Of a DNA stretch of 64,000 bases, positions 63,570-64,000 are shown one piece after another. The notes beneath the pieces were generated by a model. That model did no database searches. It was not told the origin of the DNA and saw only the letters and a program-made list of their open reading frames with translations. Numbering within the stretch: position 1 is the stretch's first letter; each line of letters starts with the position of its first letter. The translations under genes and the position numbers were made by a program. The DNA is taken from assembly GCF_006345805.1 (NCBI RefSeq), contig NC_042997.1, forward strand, positions 182,094,001 through 182,158,000, read 5' to 3'. The stretch is from Octopus sinensis. Lineage: Eukaryota.

Positions 63570-63990
63570 AAAATCGCTGACATGGCCGATGACAGTACCA
63601 CCTGATTGGCACTCGTGCCAGTTTAACATTAGAAGCACATCCGAGCGTCATCATTGTCAGAGTCGCCCTACTGGTACATGTGCCAGTGACATGTGAAAAA
63701 CAACATTCAAGTGTAGTCGTTGCCAGTGCCACCGGACTGGCTCCCATGCAGGTATCATGTAAAAACACCTTTTGAGCATGTTTGTTGCCAGAACTGCCTG
63801 ACTGGCCTTCGTGCTGGTGTCACATAAAAGCACCCACTACACTCTCAGAGTGGTTGGCATTAGGAAGGACATCCAGCTGTAGAAACTTTGCCAGATCAAA
63901 TTGAGCCTGGTGCAACCTCTGACTCACCAGTCCTCAGTCAAACCATCCAACCCATGCCAGCATGGAAAACGGATGTTAAACGATCATTAT
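63570..63990 (+). mobile_element. Family-C element, inverted relative to 62668-62882
   Basis: Ends ...catgccagcatggaaaacggatgttaaacgat. Confidence 0.8.
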
Positions 63991-64000
63991 CATCTTCATT

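Larger units (their letters stand above)
44049..64000 (+). other. Intron 1 of calcineurin A (continues beyond the window)
   Basis: No VPFPPSHRL-like exon 2 found by eye downstream. The region is CpG-depleted and filled with decayed repeats. Confidence 0.7.

Overview
AT-rich, repeat-dense animal genomic DNA. It is most likely an octopus or other coleoid cephalopod; this is inferred from SINE families I recognise from memory, not from a database search. Nearly all ORFs in the supplied track are microsatellite or transposon artefacts. The only host gene I can support is a calcineurin A (PP2B catalytic subunit) gene on the + strand. Only its first coding exon is present (44000-44048, MTTTDCKMSTTDRVIK + 1 nt, GTAAGT donor); exon 2 was not found, so intron 1 appears to exceed 19.9 kb. 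The upstream ~42 kb looks intergenic. It holds tRNA-derived SINEs (several with clear target-site duplications), RTE, CR1/L2, Tx1-like and REL-endonuclease LINE remnants, Penelope-like element (PLE) remnants, a decayed mariner, a non-autonomous Helitron and foldback/MITE hairpins. Main observations: (1) at least five type-I hammerhead-ribozyme-like motifs, two at the 3' ends of PLE remnants and three in short non-coding elements beside TA/CA microsatellites; (2) a sharp CpG-depletion boundary a few kb into the calcineurin intron, consistent with germline gene-body methylation; (3) a perfect 124-bp palindrome and an inverted SINE pair in that intron; (4) a long foldback element enclosing TTAGGG repeats; (5) a stack of retroelements joined by TAA/GAA tails; (6) a local inverted templated insertion. 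There is one 100-N assembly gap (3506-3605). Coordinates of decayed elements are approximate.
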